Virus record (IMG/VR): IMGVR_UViG_3300002835_000024
Length of the DNA stretch: 64,000 bases
From: a virus
Direction: 5' to 3' (one strand)
The notes under the pieces were generated by a model. The model was not told where the DNA came from. It saw nothing but the letters and a program-made list of their open reading frames with translations, and did no database searches. Numbering within the stretch: position 1 is the first letter of the stretch; every line of letters begins with the position of its first letter. Below are positions 16,834 to 27,934 of this stretch, piece after piece. A program made the position numbers and the translations under genes.

Positions 16834-17715
16834 ATGCCTAGTCAGTTTTTTGATAAATTTCCCATAATAGAATACTCTAACAATGTTGTTAGAAACATAT
16901 TCGCAAAAGTCGTTTTGGACGACGCGAGCAAACAGCAACCAGAAAACTTTATACAGATAAGACTAAATGATGATGTTTCTTTAAGGGCGGATGTAATCGC
17001 GGATAGATATTACGGCTCACCGTATTTTGACTGGATACATTATATGTCAAATGACGTTGTTGATCCTTATGGCGACGTTTTTTTAGACAGCGAATCTTTT
17101 CTCGGTATGATTGTCAAAAAATATGGAAATATCGAACTGGCCAAACAAAAAACAGTTTTTTATATAAACAACTGGAGCGATAAGCCAGAAGATAAACTTT
17201 CAGTTTCTCAATATGAAAACGCTTCTAAAAATATAAAAAAATACTATACCGCAGATATTGATTACGCGAACAGAATTATTGGCTATGTTCGCCACAGAAA
17301 AGATTGGACCAAGGTAACAAATAAAATAAGAATATTACAAATTGACAAAACAACTTCTATGATACCTGGCGATTTAATAGCGCAATTTGTAAGCGGTCAA
17401 CAAGTAGCATCAGCTGAAGTGATTGACGTAAACACAGTTGATAATAAAATAACAATTAAGAATATCACAGGAGAGTTTGTCACAACTGTCGGAAATATAG
17501 TTTATAGATTTGACGACAACACACAGTACTCCGTTTCTTCTATCATCTCGCCCCATACTGAAGACAACATTACAACGGAGGAAGCTTCATACTGGAGTCC
17601 TGTTTCTTATTTTGATCGAGAAACTGAGATAAATGAGTTAAAGAGAAACGTTAAACTGTTACGTAAAGAAGGCGTCTCCCTGATAAGTAAAAATCTACAA
17701 AAGCTATTGGAGTAA
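16834..17715 (+). CDS. gp53: Baseplate wedge protein (LysM-like)
   Basis: FFDKFPIIEY, RADVIADRYYG..YFDWI...NDVVDP, ETEINELKRNVKLL. Confidence 0.85.
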   Translation: MPSQFFDKFPIIEYSNNVVRNIFAKVVLDDASKQQPENFIQIRLNDDVSLRADVIADRYYGSPYFDWIHYMSNDVVDPYGDVFLDSESFLGMIVKKYGNIELAKQKTVFYINNWSDKPEDKLSVSQYENASKNIKKYYTADIDYANRIIGYVRHRKDWTKVTNKIRILQIDKTTSMIPGDLIAQFVSGQQVASAEVIDVNTVDNKITIKNITGEFVTTVGNIVYRFDDNTQYSVSSIISPHTEDNITTEEASYWSPVSYFDRETEINELKRNVKLLRKEGVSLISKNLQKLLE

Positions 17716-17717
17716 AT

Positions 17718-18986
17718 ATGTTTCAAAGCGTTAACGCTTTACCAAAAGGTTCGGTTCTAATTGAATTTTTTGAACTAAGAAAACTGAATGGCACTGTTTT
17801 AGATCTCATCCCCTTTGTCACAGAATTTAATATATACGAATCAGTTTTTGAACCTTTTATAACTGCTACGGCCTCTCTAGATGATTCTAGAGGCATCGTT
17901 GATTTTGACACCATAAATGGCTCGACTGTTGCCATAAAATATGCAAGCGATGTGAATTTAGATTTTGTAACAATGACATTCATCGTAGACAGCGTTAACG
18001 TAATATTACCAGATTCTTCTAATAAGTCACAAACATATTTCTTGAATTTAATTTCTCCAGAGTCGCTGAGGGCTTTTGCAATAAGAGTGGGAGAGATATA
18101 CACAAACTTGGCTCCAGAAAATATGATTGGCGATATTTTAAAAAATAAAATTAAAAGCAACAAAAAATTCTTTTTCTCAAAAACCAACTCAATTGACACG
18201 ATGAATTGCTCAAGTCTCTATCCCTTTCAGGCCATAGACGCTATAAAGAAGAGAGCGGTGTCGAGAAGTTATCTCTCAAGTTCGTATATGTTTTATGAAA
18301 ATCAATTTGGATACCACTTCAAAACTTTAGAAGAGATTCTTTCCGAAGCTTCCACTGATTCCAGGATAGCGGAAGGAGATTTGGTGTTTTATTATGACGT
18401 GGCTGAACCAAAGGATATTAAGAATAGTTCTTGGAGAAAAATTGAAATTCTACAAAAAATCAAACAACAGTCACTGACTGAAAATATTGTTTACGGTGGC
18501 ACAAAGTCAAAGATATTTGCTTATAATATCAGCACAGGAGAACACTTTCAGTTCGAATATAATGAGGAGCAGGATTTCGAGAAATTTAAATCTTTTTCTC
18601 CTAAGAGGAAACTATACACAAGAGTCTCTCCTCGTGACATTTATAAACAGGGGGATAAATTAAATAACCTGATGGTAGCTGCTGTGACAGAAGAAAAAGA
18701 ATTATTGAGGATACAAAAAGAAATATTATCTAGAGCTTATGTCAATAAACTGTTCTCTAACGTTCTCAGGATGGAGATAAGCGGCGACAGTAGACTAAGT
18801 GCTGGTTCTGCAGCTATGTTAAATATACCAGTTATCAACGCTGGCACAAGCACAGAGACCAATGAATTGGCCAGTGGAATTTACCTATTTGCTAAAATTC
18901 GTCATATGTTCAGACCTTCTGAGGCAGGAACAGGAATAGGTTACAGACAATATTGTGAGATGATGAATACGGGAGCAAATTCATGA
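17718..18986 (+). CDS. Baseplate hub protein (gp27-like)
   Basis: FNIYESVF, MFYENQFGYHFKTLE, ISGDSRLSAG, SGIYLFAKIRH; lies between gp53 and gp5. Confidence 0.7.
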   Translation: MFQSVNALPKGSVLIEFFELRKLNGTVLDLIPFVTEFNIYESVFEPFITATASLDDSRGIVDFDTINGSTVAIKYASDVNLDFVTMTFIVDSVNVILPDSSNKSQTYFLNLISPESLRAFAIRVGEIYTNLAPENMIGDILKNKIKSNKKFFFSKTNSIDTMNCSSLYPFQAIDAIKKRAVSRSYLSSSYMFYENQFGYHFKTLEEILSEASTDSRIAEGDLVFYYDVAEPKDIKNSSWRKIEILQKIKQQSLTENIVYGGTKSKIFAYNISTGEHFQFEYNEEQDFEKFKSFSPKRKLYTRVSPRDIYKQGDKLNNLMVAAVTEEKELLRIQKEILSRAYVNKLFSNVLRMEISGDSRLSAGSAAMLNIPVINAGTSTETNELASGIYLFAKIRHMFRPSEAGTGIGYRQYCEMMNTGANS

Positions 18987-19801
18987 TAGTTGAAAATCTC
19001 ACGGGATTCATAGGCGTAGTAACAAATATTGATGGCGACGAGCTTAATCTAGGAAGAGTTCAAATTCGAATTTCTGGAGATCAGGGACCAATTGGCGATG
19101 ATACAAATCTACTTTGGGCTTATGTTATGGTTCCTTCGACCAGTCCCGCCCAAAGCGGTATTGGCGTAACGCCTAATTGGATAAATGTTGATACCACAGT
19201 TTTTGGCGTTTTTCTTGATGGTCAATATAGAAATATCCCTATGATATTAGGATGTTTGAACCAAAATAAACCAGACCCTGTTGGACCAGGGATAAGCACA
19301 TTGGCCTTTGGAGACAATATACCAAGAAATCTTACCGCCAAAGAAAGAGCGGTTGGCGTGGACTCTCTTTCCAAACGCTCTCCAAACTTCAAAAACAATA
19401 AAGTCATAACTACATCTTCCAAAGAAACTCCCAAAACAGTCAACCACATATTTGAATTAGATGATACGCCTGAGCATGAAAGAATTCTTGTTAAACATAA
19501 ATCAGGATCTTACGTCGAATTCTTTCATGATGGTAACGTAGTCGTTAAGTCTGCAAATAGCAATTATGAAGTCGCTATAAAAAATAAAGAAATAACTGTG
19601 AGCGGCGACACCATAATAAATTGTGATAATACCGCTGAGATAAGAGCCAAGAGCATCGCTTTGAAAGGAAACGTTACTATTTTTGGTAGCTTAGTAACTA
19701 GTGGTCCAATTAGTTCTGCAGTGGGCGCTACTGGAATCATCACAGATATTGTCGGCCAAACTGTAAATATAAAAGGCGGAACTATTGAGAGGATAGGGTA
19801 A
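18983..19801 (+). CDS. gp5: Baseplate central spike, short form lacking lysozyme domain
   Basis: OB-fold GVVTNID...GRVQIR...LWA...VFGVFLDG; HIFELDDTPEHERI..HKSGSYVE. Confidence 0.85.
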   Translation: MIVENLTGFIGVVTNIDGDELNLGRVQIRISGDQGPIGDDTNLLWAYVMVPSTSPAQSGIGVTPNWINVDTTVFGVFLDGQYRNIPMILGCLNQNKPDPVGPGISTLAFGDNIPRNLTAKERAVGVDSLSKRSPNFKNNKVITTSSKETPKTVNHIFELDDTPEHERILVKHKSGSYVEFFHDGNVVVKSANSNYEVAIKNKEITVSGDTIINCDNTAEIRAKSIALKGNVTIFGSLVTSGPISSAVGATGIITDIVGQTVNIKGGTIERIG

Positions 19802-19803
19802 TA

Positions 19804-20397
19804 ATGACTATTAACATACAATCAATAAGGTCAATAGAAAGAACGATCAGAACTCATACTGACTGTCAATCATTGCTATTCACCATAGAAGTAATGATCG
19901 AGCAACAAATAAAACAGCTGGAAGCGGCTATCGCTAGCAGCGTAAAACTGAATAGTTTATTTTCCGCTTTAGCGAAAATACCCACTACTATTGAAGAAGT
20001 TATTAGCGCATTTAAAAACTCTATCATCAGCCAAGCTGTTGAAAACCTCAAGGCAGCAATAGAACAGGCCAAACAAATTATAGAATTTGCTGATGCTCTC
20101 TCAGATCTCATTGACGCCGTTGATGACGCGGCTGAGAGACTGCCCGAATGTTTTGCTCAAGCCCCATCAATATTAGAAAATTCTGTAAGAAGATCTATAG
20201 ATAATAGAATAAACAATATTGTTGGACCCGCTTTGCAAAAGGTAAAAGAAACTGCTGATGTTATCAATAATGCTATTCCAGGAATTGTTTCTATTGATAC
20301 ATCTGATGCAGCATCATTTCTTGAAAGTATTAGAAATAATCCAATAAATACACAAGCTATAGTATACGAATACGAGAAAATATTTTCCACAGACTAA
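19804..20397 (+). CDS. Hypothetical helical protein
   Basis: 197-aa ORF tightly packed between gp5 and gp25. Confidence 0.5.
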   Translation: MTINIQSIRSIERTIRTHTDCQSLLFTIEVMIEQQIKQLEAAIASSVKLNSLFSALAKIPTTIEEVISAFKNSIISQAVENLKAAIEQAKQIIEFADALSDLIDAVDDAAERLPECFAQAPSILENSVRRSIDNRINNIVGPALQKVKETADVINNAIPGIVSIDTSDAASFLESIRNNPINTQAIVYEYEKIFSTD

Positions 20398-20406
20398 GAG
20401 GAACAA

Positions 20407-20829
20407 ATGACAAATAGAGTCGATAGGACAGCAAATGTTCCACCAATTGGACCAATATATTCCGATTTTATGTGTAATTTTAACGCCCACCCAAACACAG
20501 GCAAGCTTGTGACCAAGACCGACGCCGAAGCTGTTAGAAGATCATTAAGAAATTTAATACTGACAAATAGAGGCGAAAGATTTTATAAACCTAATCTGGG
20601 CTCAAATATTAATTCGCTTTTATTCGAACCAGGCAGTGATATAGTTTCCCAGCAGCTTCAAAATTTGATAAAAGAGTGCATAGAGACATATGAGAAAAGA
20701 GTTATTTTGAGAAAAATCCACGTAAATCTAATTAACGAAGAGACTTCATATAACGTTGATATCTATTTTTCAATAATAAATAATACCAACACCTATAACC
20801 TAAACATCAAACTGGATCGCTTAAGGTAA
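20407..20829 (+). CDS. gp25: Baseplate wedge subunit
   Basis: YSDF, AVRRSLRNLILTNRGERFYKPNLGS, YEKRV. Confidence 0.93.
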   Translation: MTNRVDRTANVPPIGPIYSDFMCNFNAHPNTGKLVTKTDAEAVRRSLRNLILTNRGERFYKPNLGSNINSLLFEPGSDIVSQQLQNLIKECIETYEKRVILRKIHVNLINEETSYNVDIYFSIINNTNTYNLNIKLDRLR

Positions 20830-22613
20830 TGGCAAACACAAGTATCTCACTGGTTTCTTTGGATTTTGATAGCTTCAAACAAAATCTAAAAACACATTTA
20901 AAGTCAACGCCTCAATTCAAAGATTATGATTTTGAGGCCAGCAACATTTCAGTTCTTCTGGATCTTTTAGCGTACAACACATATAACAACTCTTTCTATC
21001 TCAACATGATAGCCAGTGAAATGTTTCTTGATTCGGCCCAGATAAGAGATTCTGTGGTTAGCCACGCAAAAGAATTGAATTATCTTCCTAGATCATTTCG
21101 TTCTTCCAAAACAGACTTAGAAGTTACCATTAATTCTTCTGATCCGCAAAAAAAGAACATCACAATTCCAAAGGGCACTGGATTTACCAGCAGAATTGGC
21201 GCAAATACGTTTCTGTTCACCACTGATCAAAACGTTGTGGTCACTTCCGGAAACAGCACATTTAAAACGACCCTTTCGGTTTATGAGGGGGATTTCATTA
21301 CTGATAGATATGTCTATTCTGATAGAATCCAAAACAGATATACCATATCAAATAAAAATGTCGATCTTCAATCACTAAAGGTTATCATAGTCGAGGATCA
21401 AGGTTCTGTTATTGAAGAATACAAAAGAGCTACTACTCTTTTGGATCTAGACGAAACCAGCAAAGTATATTTTTTACAGGCTGGGGTAAACGAAAGATAC
21501 GATGTTCTTTTTGGCGACGGAATCGTTGGAAAGAAACCCAAAAACGATTCGGGTATTATTCTAGAATATCGAGTCTCAAGCGGAGAACTGCCAAATGGAT
21601 GCAGGATATTCCGAATCGCCGAGAACATCGACAACGAATCTAATGTTGTTGTGACAGCGTTGAGCGTTTCCACTGGAGGCGCTGTTAATGAAACGATTGA
21701 TTCCATCAAATTCAACGCGCCTAGATCTTTTGGAACTCAAGAAAGAGCAGTCACAGCAGAAGATTATGAAAATCTTCTAAAACAATATTTTCCGGAAATC
21801 AATGCAGTCTCCGCATTTGGCGGAGAAGAGGCTGATCCTCCACAATATGGTAAAGTTTTCGTATCTGTAGACCTGCAAAACATTGATGGGCTACCAAAAA
21901 TCAAAGAAGAAGAATATAAAAAATTCTTAAGAACCAGATCAACAGTGTCTATGGAGCCAGTATTCGTTTCTCCCGACTATACGTATATTCGTGTCGACAG
22001 TAACATCAAATACAATATCAATAGAACTGGACTTAATCCAGAAGATATGAAAACAATCGTTATATCTTCTATTCTTAATTTTGCTTCGATCAATCTAAAC
22101 AGTTTTGCTAAAATTTTCCGCTATTCAAAGCTAATTTCTAACATTGACTCAGCAGAAGCATCAATCGTCTCAAACGAAACTGAAGTAGAGCTCGCCAAAT
22201 ATTTGACGCCCAAACTAAACGCGGCACAAAAACTGACAGTAGACTTTAAGACAGAATTGGCTGACGATCTTCCTCCAGCTGCTGCGGATCACCCTGCTGG
22301 TGATAAACACACCATAAGCAGCAGTTTCTTTACATTTAATGGAGTTAGATGTAACCTGGAAGATGATGGAAACGGCAAAATAAGAGTCGTCACAAGTTCG
22401 TCAAATAGCCACAGATTTGTTGCTGAAGTAGGAACAGTAGATTATGCCAAAGGACGAATCGAAATAAAATCCTTTAATATCTCTTCATATGAAGGCAACT
22501 ATCTAAAGATCTATGCCAGAACCAGAACAAAAGACATACAGTCCTCTAAAAATGTTATTCTGAATATACTCGAGCCAGATGTCAACATTACTGTTGAGCA
22601 AATTAGGGAGTAA
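20829..22613 (+). CDS. gp6: Baseplate wedge subunit
   Basis: LDFDSFKQNL, DYDFEASN, LLDLLAYNT, EMFLDSA, FGDG..GK, RAVTAEDY, GTVDY..G. Confidence 0.95.
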   Translation: MANTSISLVSLDFDSFKQNLKTHLKSTPQFKDYDFEASNISVLLDLLAYNTYNNSFYLNMIASEMFLDSAQIRDSVVSHAKELNYLPRSFRSSKTDLEVTINSSDPQKKNITIPKGTGFTSRIGANTFLFTTDQNVVVTSGNSTFKTTLSVYEGDFITDRYVYSDRIQNRYTISNKNVDLQSLKVIIVEDQGSVIEEYKRATTLLDLDETSKVYFLQAGVNERYDVLFGDGIVGKKPKNDSGIILEYRVSSGELPNGCRIFRIAENIDNESNVVVTALSVSTGGAVNETIDSIKFNAPRSFGTQERAVTAEDYENLLKQYFPEINAVSAFGGEEADPPQYGKVFVSVDLQNIDGLPKIKEEEYKKFLRTRSTVSMEPVFVSPDYTYIRVDSNIKYNINRTGLNPEDMKTIVISSILNFASINLNSFAKIFRYSKLISNIDSAEASIVSNETEVELAKYLTPKLNAAQKLTVDFKTELADDLPPAAADHPAGDKHTISSSFFTFNGVRCNLEDDGNGKIRVVTSSSNSHRFVAEVGTVDYAKGRIEIKSFNISSYEGNYLKIYARTRTKDIQSSKNVILNILEPDVNITVEQIRE

Positions 22614-22615
22614 AC

Positions 22616-23134
22616 ATGTCATCATTAAACACAATCAAAAAAATAATATCTGAAAATAAAACAGATCTACCCTTTGACACCAAACTACTATTATTGAAAT
22701 CCCACAGAGCAATTGGGCATCTGTTAGACAACAATACTCGAACAAAGACAAGAGACGGATATAGTGAAAAACTTTATGATAATTCAAATCATCTCAAGTC
22801 GCTTCATCACGCTATCGGAAACAGTTTAGTGCGTTTGAATTCAAACGCACCAGATATGCGGACAAGTCATCCAAAGGGTAAAATGGGTGGTCTTGTTAAA
22901 TGGGAAAGACCAAAACATCAGAAAGCTCTTCTTTGGATGGCCAGAGACGTTCTTAATAGTGTCAACGCCCAACATGGCAATCCGTTTAATTACGGTAATC
23001 CAGTTCCATCTCATAAAATGAGTGATGGCCAGTTTGATGAACATATTCGTAGATTAGGTGATGTTGTTGGAACTAATCCTTGGCCAGAAGAAAGCATGAA
23101 AGACACAATTGATAAAGTAGCAAGAAGATCGTAA
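22616..23134 (+). CDS. Hypothetical basic protein inserted between genes 6 and 7
   Basis: 172-aa ORF, N-terminus MSSLNTIKKIISE, stop overlaps gp7 start. Confidence 0.55.
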   Translation: MSSLNTIKKIISENKTDLPFDTKLLLLKSHRAIGHLLDNNTRTKTRDGYSEKLYDNSNHLKSLHHAIGNSLVRLNSNAPDMRTSHPKGKMGGLVKWERPKHQKALLWMARDVLNSVNAQHGNPFNYGNPVPSHKMSDGQFDEHIRRLGDVVGTNPWPEESMKDTIDKVARRS

Positions 23135-26100
23135 TGATAGAAAAAACTATCTCACAGTATATTGAACGGCAGTTCCCCGCTTTTTACAAAGAAGAGGGGC
23201 AGAATTTTATTGCGTTCATGAAAGCTTACTATGAGTGGTTAGAACTACCACAAAACACAGCATACAAGTCCAGACATCTTTTGGAATGGCGAGATGTTGA
23301 TACGACTTTGGATGAATTTATTGTTTACTTCAAAGAAAAGTATCTCAAGAATATCCAGTTTAACGTTTCTTCCAATAAAAAGCTTCTGATCAAAAATGCT
23401 TCTGATCTTTATAGATCAAAAGGAACTGAGCGTTCTATCGATCTATTCTTCAAGCTTGTTTATGGTGTTGATGCTGAGGTGCAATATCCTGCTGAACGTA
23501 TTTTCAAACTATCTGATGGTCAGTGGGAAACGCCCAGATATTTAGAAATAACATACAACAAACAAAACATCAATTATGTCGGAAAGCAAATCATAGGATC
23601 TCTCTCTGGAGCCACAGCTTTCGTCGAAAAGTATATCAGAAGAAGAGCGGGATTTGGTATAGTCAGCATTTTGTACATATCTAATCCTAGCAAAGAATTC
23701 ATCAAAGGTGAGAGTGTAGGCATATCGCAAAACGGAAGCGGTATCTACACTGACAACTCAGCCAGAATAATCGGGTCTATTTCATCTGTCACAATCTTAG
23801 ACAACGGTAGAGAATTTGCTGTTGGTGATATTGTTAATTTCCAGGACTCTGAAAGAGGAAGAGGCGGATCTGCGAGAGTCGTTTCTGTAGGCGAAGAAAC
23901 CGGAGTTGTTGACTTTATTCTTGAAGATGGTCTTTGGGGATACAGCACCAACGCAGTTTCTCTTGTTTCTGAAAAAGTGCTGTTAGCCAATAATATTTAC
24001 AATGATAAATTTGTCATTATGGACACTGTGGTGCAGCCTTCTGTGTTTATTGAATATCAAAATTCAGCAACGATTTCAGTTGGTGATATTGTAAGAAAAT
24101 ATGATGGATCTAACGTAGTTGCTAATGGAACAGTTATTGATGTTGATCATGTGCTATCTTCTAACTCCGGAACAGCAACAATATCTATAACATCTGGCCC
24201 ATTTACGATCGGAGACTACAAGTTAAACGCTAATGTTTCTAACATCAACGTAACATCTATAAGTGATTTTACGACCTATGCAGAGGTCATGGGAGTTCCG
24301 ACAACATTTTTGCTAACTGTTTCTAATGCAAACAGTTTTGTTAATGGCCAAATCGTTACGTCAAATAACAATTCTAGAGGAACAGTATCGCAAATATTAG
24401 ACAACACCATAACAGTTGTGAACACAATAGGCCACTTTGTAAACGGCAACTCTTTGAACGACACCACAATAACAAACGTAGAAGCATCAGTTGGTGTATA
24501 CAATATCAACAAGAGATCTTTTAGAATCGATTTGGCCGACGCAAACACCCCACCACAATGGCTTATCAGCCCATATGTTTACAAATATGATGCAAATGAT
24601 GACATTTCTGCTTCTGGTCTAGTAGTAAGGTCAAACGTTTCTTCAAATACTGCCATTCTTAATATTATCCCACTAAAAGGATTCTTCGAATCCGGAGATT
24701 TCGTATACACCTCAGGCAACACATCGATAGCTACTGTTGGATCGTATACTGGAAACACCAGAGGTGGCGATTTTGTGGAAACTGCAGGAGCGAAATATCG
24801 AGGAATCTTCAGCAATGTCAATTTTACAGTCACTTCTTTCTCTGATGGATTTGGTGCTGGATTCAATGTCGGCACCATTGGAGAAACTGAAACCCTCTAT
24901 ATCAATAACGATTTTATAAATGCTAATTCTAAAACTTCTATCGATATTACAGCTAGAGTTGTCACAGTAGCATCAAATACTGGGTTTAAAGTCGGTCAAG
25001 CAGTTTCTCAAGATAGATCTGGAAATTTTGATCCTTCAACAGACTTAAACACTACTACTGGAGTGTTTACTACTACAACTTTATTACCTTGGGCAACAAA
25101 TAACTCCTTAGTGGTGTATGACCCTGGTAGTTCCAATACTATAAACGGAATGATTGCGAATGGATATTATAGAGTCACAAACACTTCTGGAAACAGTTTC
25201 AATCTGATTGCAGTTCACGATAACAAACTTGTAAATAACACAAACATACCTAATTTTGGCAACAACGTTCATGCAAATACACAATTAATTCGCAAAACAA
25301 CGATAGCAACCATAAGGGGTATTTCTGGTACCAATATCACAGTAGGCGATGTTTGGCAAGGACCTTTTGTTACGTCCGCCAATCTTTATATTTCTACAAC
25401 TCCTACCACAAACACCAACGTATCAGCTGTGGGTTCTTTGACTTATCCTACAGTAAACTCTTATAATTACCGCTACAAAAAATTAAGAAGCGTTGGTCTT
25501 GGATTTGCAAAAAGCCCTACTGGGTATTACAACAGCATATTGAACAATCTTTTGACTTTCCAACTGTTGACTGTAGGAAAGGTCGCGTCTCTTACTTCAG
25601 TTCTTGGAGGATCTGGATATAATGTTGATCCGTATGTATTGATACAAGAGCCAGCTATATCAGGCTTTAATAGAAAAGATTATATTATAAAAATCTCTAA
25701 CGTTAATTCTGTATTTTTGCCTGGAGAAAAAGTTTCTCAAAATCTACCAAATACTAACATCTATACCTATCAAGTAAATAATGGGGTGTTTGATACAACC
25801 CCATCAACAAAATTCTTTAATAGTTTCTTGGACGTTTCTGATACTGATAATGTGATTTATGCTTTAGCAAACGTGTTTTCGTTTAACTCAACTTTAGATT
25901 TGATCGCCAACAATGGTTTCATTAAATTACCAAACACCCAATCTTTTGTCGCAGGAGACAAAGTAAAATACGTTACTGCAACAGGAAACACTGCAGTCAC
26001 AACAAACAATACCATCTTAAACGTTTCGTTTGTAAATTCCACTGGAATTTCTGTCGGCAACTCAACAGGAAATATTGTTCTTGCAGAAACAATAAAACTT

Positions 26101-27375
26101 ATTGTTCCCGCGAACATTGCAAATAATTATATCGCAGTTCCAACAAATCCATTTGCGAATGATGATATTGTAAGATACGTAGCTGATGTAGGAAATACTG
26201 CAATTTTGGGTCTTGCAAACAATAATCTATATTATGTTATAAATTCAAATTCGAGTCATCTCAGACTTTCTAATTCTGTTGGCGGTTCTGCATTAACTCT
26301 CGATACAGGTGGGAATGAAACGGGGCACGGTCTTATCAAGTATAACGCCAGCGCAAATGGGAATTATCTGAGGCTGTACAAAAACGACCTACAAAATGGA
26401 ATGTTATTGCAATATATAGTTTCTTCCGGAAACACAGCAGTAACTAATCTGACTAATGAAAATAACTATTTTGTCGTAAACTCCAATACATATTTTTATA
26501 AACTTTCTTCTACTCTCAATGGAAGTTCTATCGATATAGCAAATAACGGAACCTTTGCCTCAGATGGTCACGCTTTGTTGTTTATTCCAGGCTTCAGCGT
26601 AAATGATCCCGTGTATTCTTCGAATAATGGAGGCTCTGGAATCATTAGAGGCGTATACAAACAATCAGGCAACTCTTTTATAGTTGTTCGAAACGTCTCT
26701 GGAACTATTTCAAACGGAGACACTATTGTTCTTAATAACAATCCAGTTGTCAACTCTACCATACTTTCGGCCAATTCACAACAAGAAATAGTAACAGCAG
26801 AAGGCATAGTTCAAACTGCAAACTCGACCACTATTGTAGTTAGAAGAATACAATTTGAAAATCTTTGGCAAGTCGGCATTTCAATAAAGGGTGAAACATC
26901 AGGAGCAAATGCTAATGTTGTTTCTATTGTAGAAGATATAGATTCTCTTCCAATTGGATTAAATGCAGATATTCAAGCAAACGTTATTACTGCTGAGGGT
27001 CAGGTAACAAATCTACAAATCGTGGACTCAGGTTATGGTTATACCAATAACGAGGTAATACAATTCGTTTCTGTGGATGGTCAAAGAGCGGGGACAGTAA
27101 AGGTTGTTCTTGGCGGGACAGGGATAGGAAGCGGTTATTACAAAACCTCAAAAGGATTCTTGAGTGATGTTATTTGCCTGCATGATGGGGATTATTATCA
27201 AGAATATTCTTATGAAGTATTCTCGAAGCTATCAGTTGATAGATATGCAGATATGTTCAAGAAAGTTATGCATACCGCTGGAACTAAGTTCTTCGGATCA
27301 GTGATGTTAATAAACGAGGCGAATGCCACATTAAGTCTAACAGAGTCTTCAGTAACAGGAAACGTAGCAGGATAA
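23134..27375 (+). CDS. gp7: Baseplate wedge initiator (extended)
   Basis: QFPAFY, FMKAYYEWLE, YRSKGTERS, C-terminal LHDGDYYQEYSY...HTAGTKFFG. Confidence 0.88.
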   Translation: MIEKTISQYIERQFPAFYKEEGQNFIAFMKAYYEWLELPQNTAYKSRHLLEWRDVDTTLDEFIVYFKEKYLKNIQFNVSSNKKLLIKNASDLYRSKGTERSIDLFFKLVYGVDAEVQYPAERIFKLSDGQWETPRYLEITYNKQNINYVGKQIIGSLSGATAFVEKYIRRRAGFGIVSILYISNPSKEFIKGESVGISQNGSGIYTDNSARIIGSISSVTILDNGREFAVGDIVNFQDSERGRGGSARVVSVGEETGVVDFILEDGLWGYSTNAVSLVSEKVLLANNIYNDKFVIMDTVVQPSVFIEYQNSATISVGDIVRKYDGSNVVANGTVIDVDHVLSSNSGTATISITSGPFTIGDYKLNANVSNINVTSISDFTTYAEVMGVPTTFLLTVSNANSFVNGQIVTSNNNSRGTVSQILDNTITVVNTIGHFVNGNSLNDTTITNVEASVGVYNINKRSFRIDLADANTPPQWLISPYVYKYDANDDISASGLVVRSNVSSNTAILNIIPLKGFFESGDFVYTSGNTSIATVGSYTGNTRGGDFVETAGAKYRGIFSNVNFTVTSFSDGFGAGFNVGTIGETETLYINNDFINANSKTSIDITARVVTVASNTGFKVGQAVSQDRSGNFDPSTDLNTTTGVFTTTTLLPWATNNSLVVYDPGSSNTINGMIANGYYRVTNTSGNSFNLIAVHDNKLVNNTNIPNFGNNVHANTQLIRKTTIATIRGISGTNITVGDVWQGPFVTSANLYISTTPTTNTNVSAVGSLTYPTVNSYNYRYKKLRSVGLGFAKSPTGYYNSILNNLLTFQLLTVGKVASLTSVLGGSGYNVDPYVLIQEPAISGFNRKDYIIKISNVNSVFLPGEKVSQNLPNTNIYTYQVNNGVFDTTPSTKFFNSFLDVSDTDNVIYALANVFSFNSTLDLIANNGFIKLPNTQSFVAGDKVKYVTATGNTAVTTNNTILNVSFVNSTGISVGNSTGNIVLAETIKLIVPANIANNYIAVPTNPFANDDIVRYVADVGNTAILGLANNNLYYVINSNSSHLRLSNSVGGSALTLDTGGNETGHGLIKYNASANGNYLRLYKNDLQNGMLLQYIVSSGNTAVTNLTNENNYFVVNSNTYFYKLSSTLNGSSIDIANNGTFASDGHALLFIPGFSVNDPVYSSNNGGSGIIRGVYKQSGNSFIVVRNVSGTISNGDTIVLNNNPVVNSTILSANSQQEIVTAEGIVQTANSTTIVVRRIQFENLWQVGISIKGETSGANANVVSIVEDIDSLPIGLNADIQANVITAEGQVTNLQIVDSGYGYTNNEVIQFVSVDGQRAGTVKVVLGGTGIGSGYYKTSKGFLSDVICLHDGDYYQEYSYEVFSKLSVDRYADMFKKVMHTAGTKFFGSVMLINEANATLSLTESSVTGNVAG

Positions 27376-27376
27376 A

Positions 27377-27384
27377 TATAAATA
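27377..27384 (+). promoter_or_regulatory. T4-type late promoter
   Basis: Intergenic TATAAATA ahead of an AGGAG RBS. Confidence 0.7.
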
Positions 27385-27410
27385 TAAAATAACCTCAAAA
27401 GGAGATAAAA

Positions 27411-27872
27411 ATGGCAAAGAAAAAAGAATCTGGACCAGTTTACGACAAACCCGAAACTTTCACACACAAAGGGTTAAAATTTAATGGTGAGCCAATAACA
27501 GTTACTCACACTCACACTCCAGGCCTTGGGGCGCATAGAATGACTGTGGAGCATGGAGGAAAAACCCTGGATTTGGATTTGGGTGGTTCGTCGCCAGGTG
27601 TAAGAGATGACGAATATCCTGTTGATGAAGATGGAAATCAGACAGAGCCCGACCCTAAAAAAGCGTCAAGAGAAGAAATAAAAGCGTTTAATGAAAAAAT
27701 ATCAAGAATACAAGCAAACGCATTTTTACGACAGCCAAGAGTAAAAAACGAAATTGAAAAAAAATTGTTTGGATCAAATCTAGAAAAAGGTACAGCTGCT
27801 GAAGAAACCAATAGACTGATGCAAAAAATTGTTGATGTTATTAGCGAACAGAATAAAAAAGGTTTTAGATAA
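27411..27872 (+). CDS. Hypothetical protein
   Basis: 153-aa ORF with strong RBS and late promoter. Confidence 0.6.
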   Translation: MAKKKESGPVYDKPETFTHKGLKFNGEPITVTHTHTPGLGAHRMTVEHGGKTLDLDLGGSSPGVRDDEYPVDEDGNQTEPDPKKASREEIKAFNEKISRIQANAFLRQPRVKNEIEKKLFGSNLEKGTAAEETNRLMQKIVDVISEQNKKGFR

Positions 27873-27934
27873 TAAGAGACATTACTGATTATACTCAAAT
27901 TTAAAACACTCGTCAATCTTTTTCAGGAAATAAC

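Noticed and set aside
22616-23134. Homing endonuclease inserted between genes 6 and 7
   Set aside because: No convincing HNH, GIY-YIG or LAGLIDADG motif
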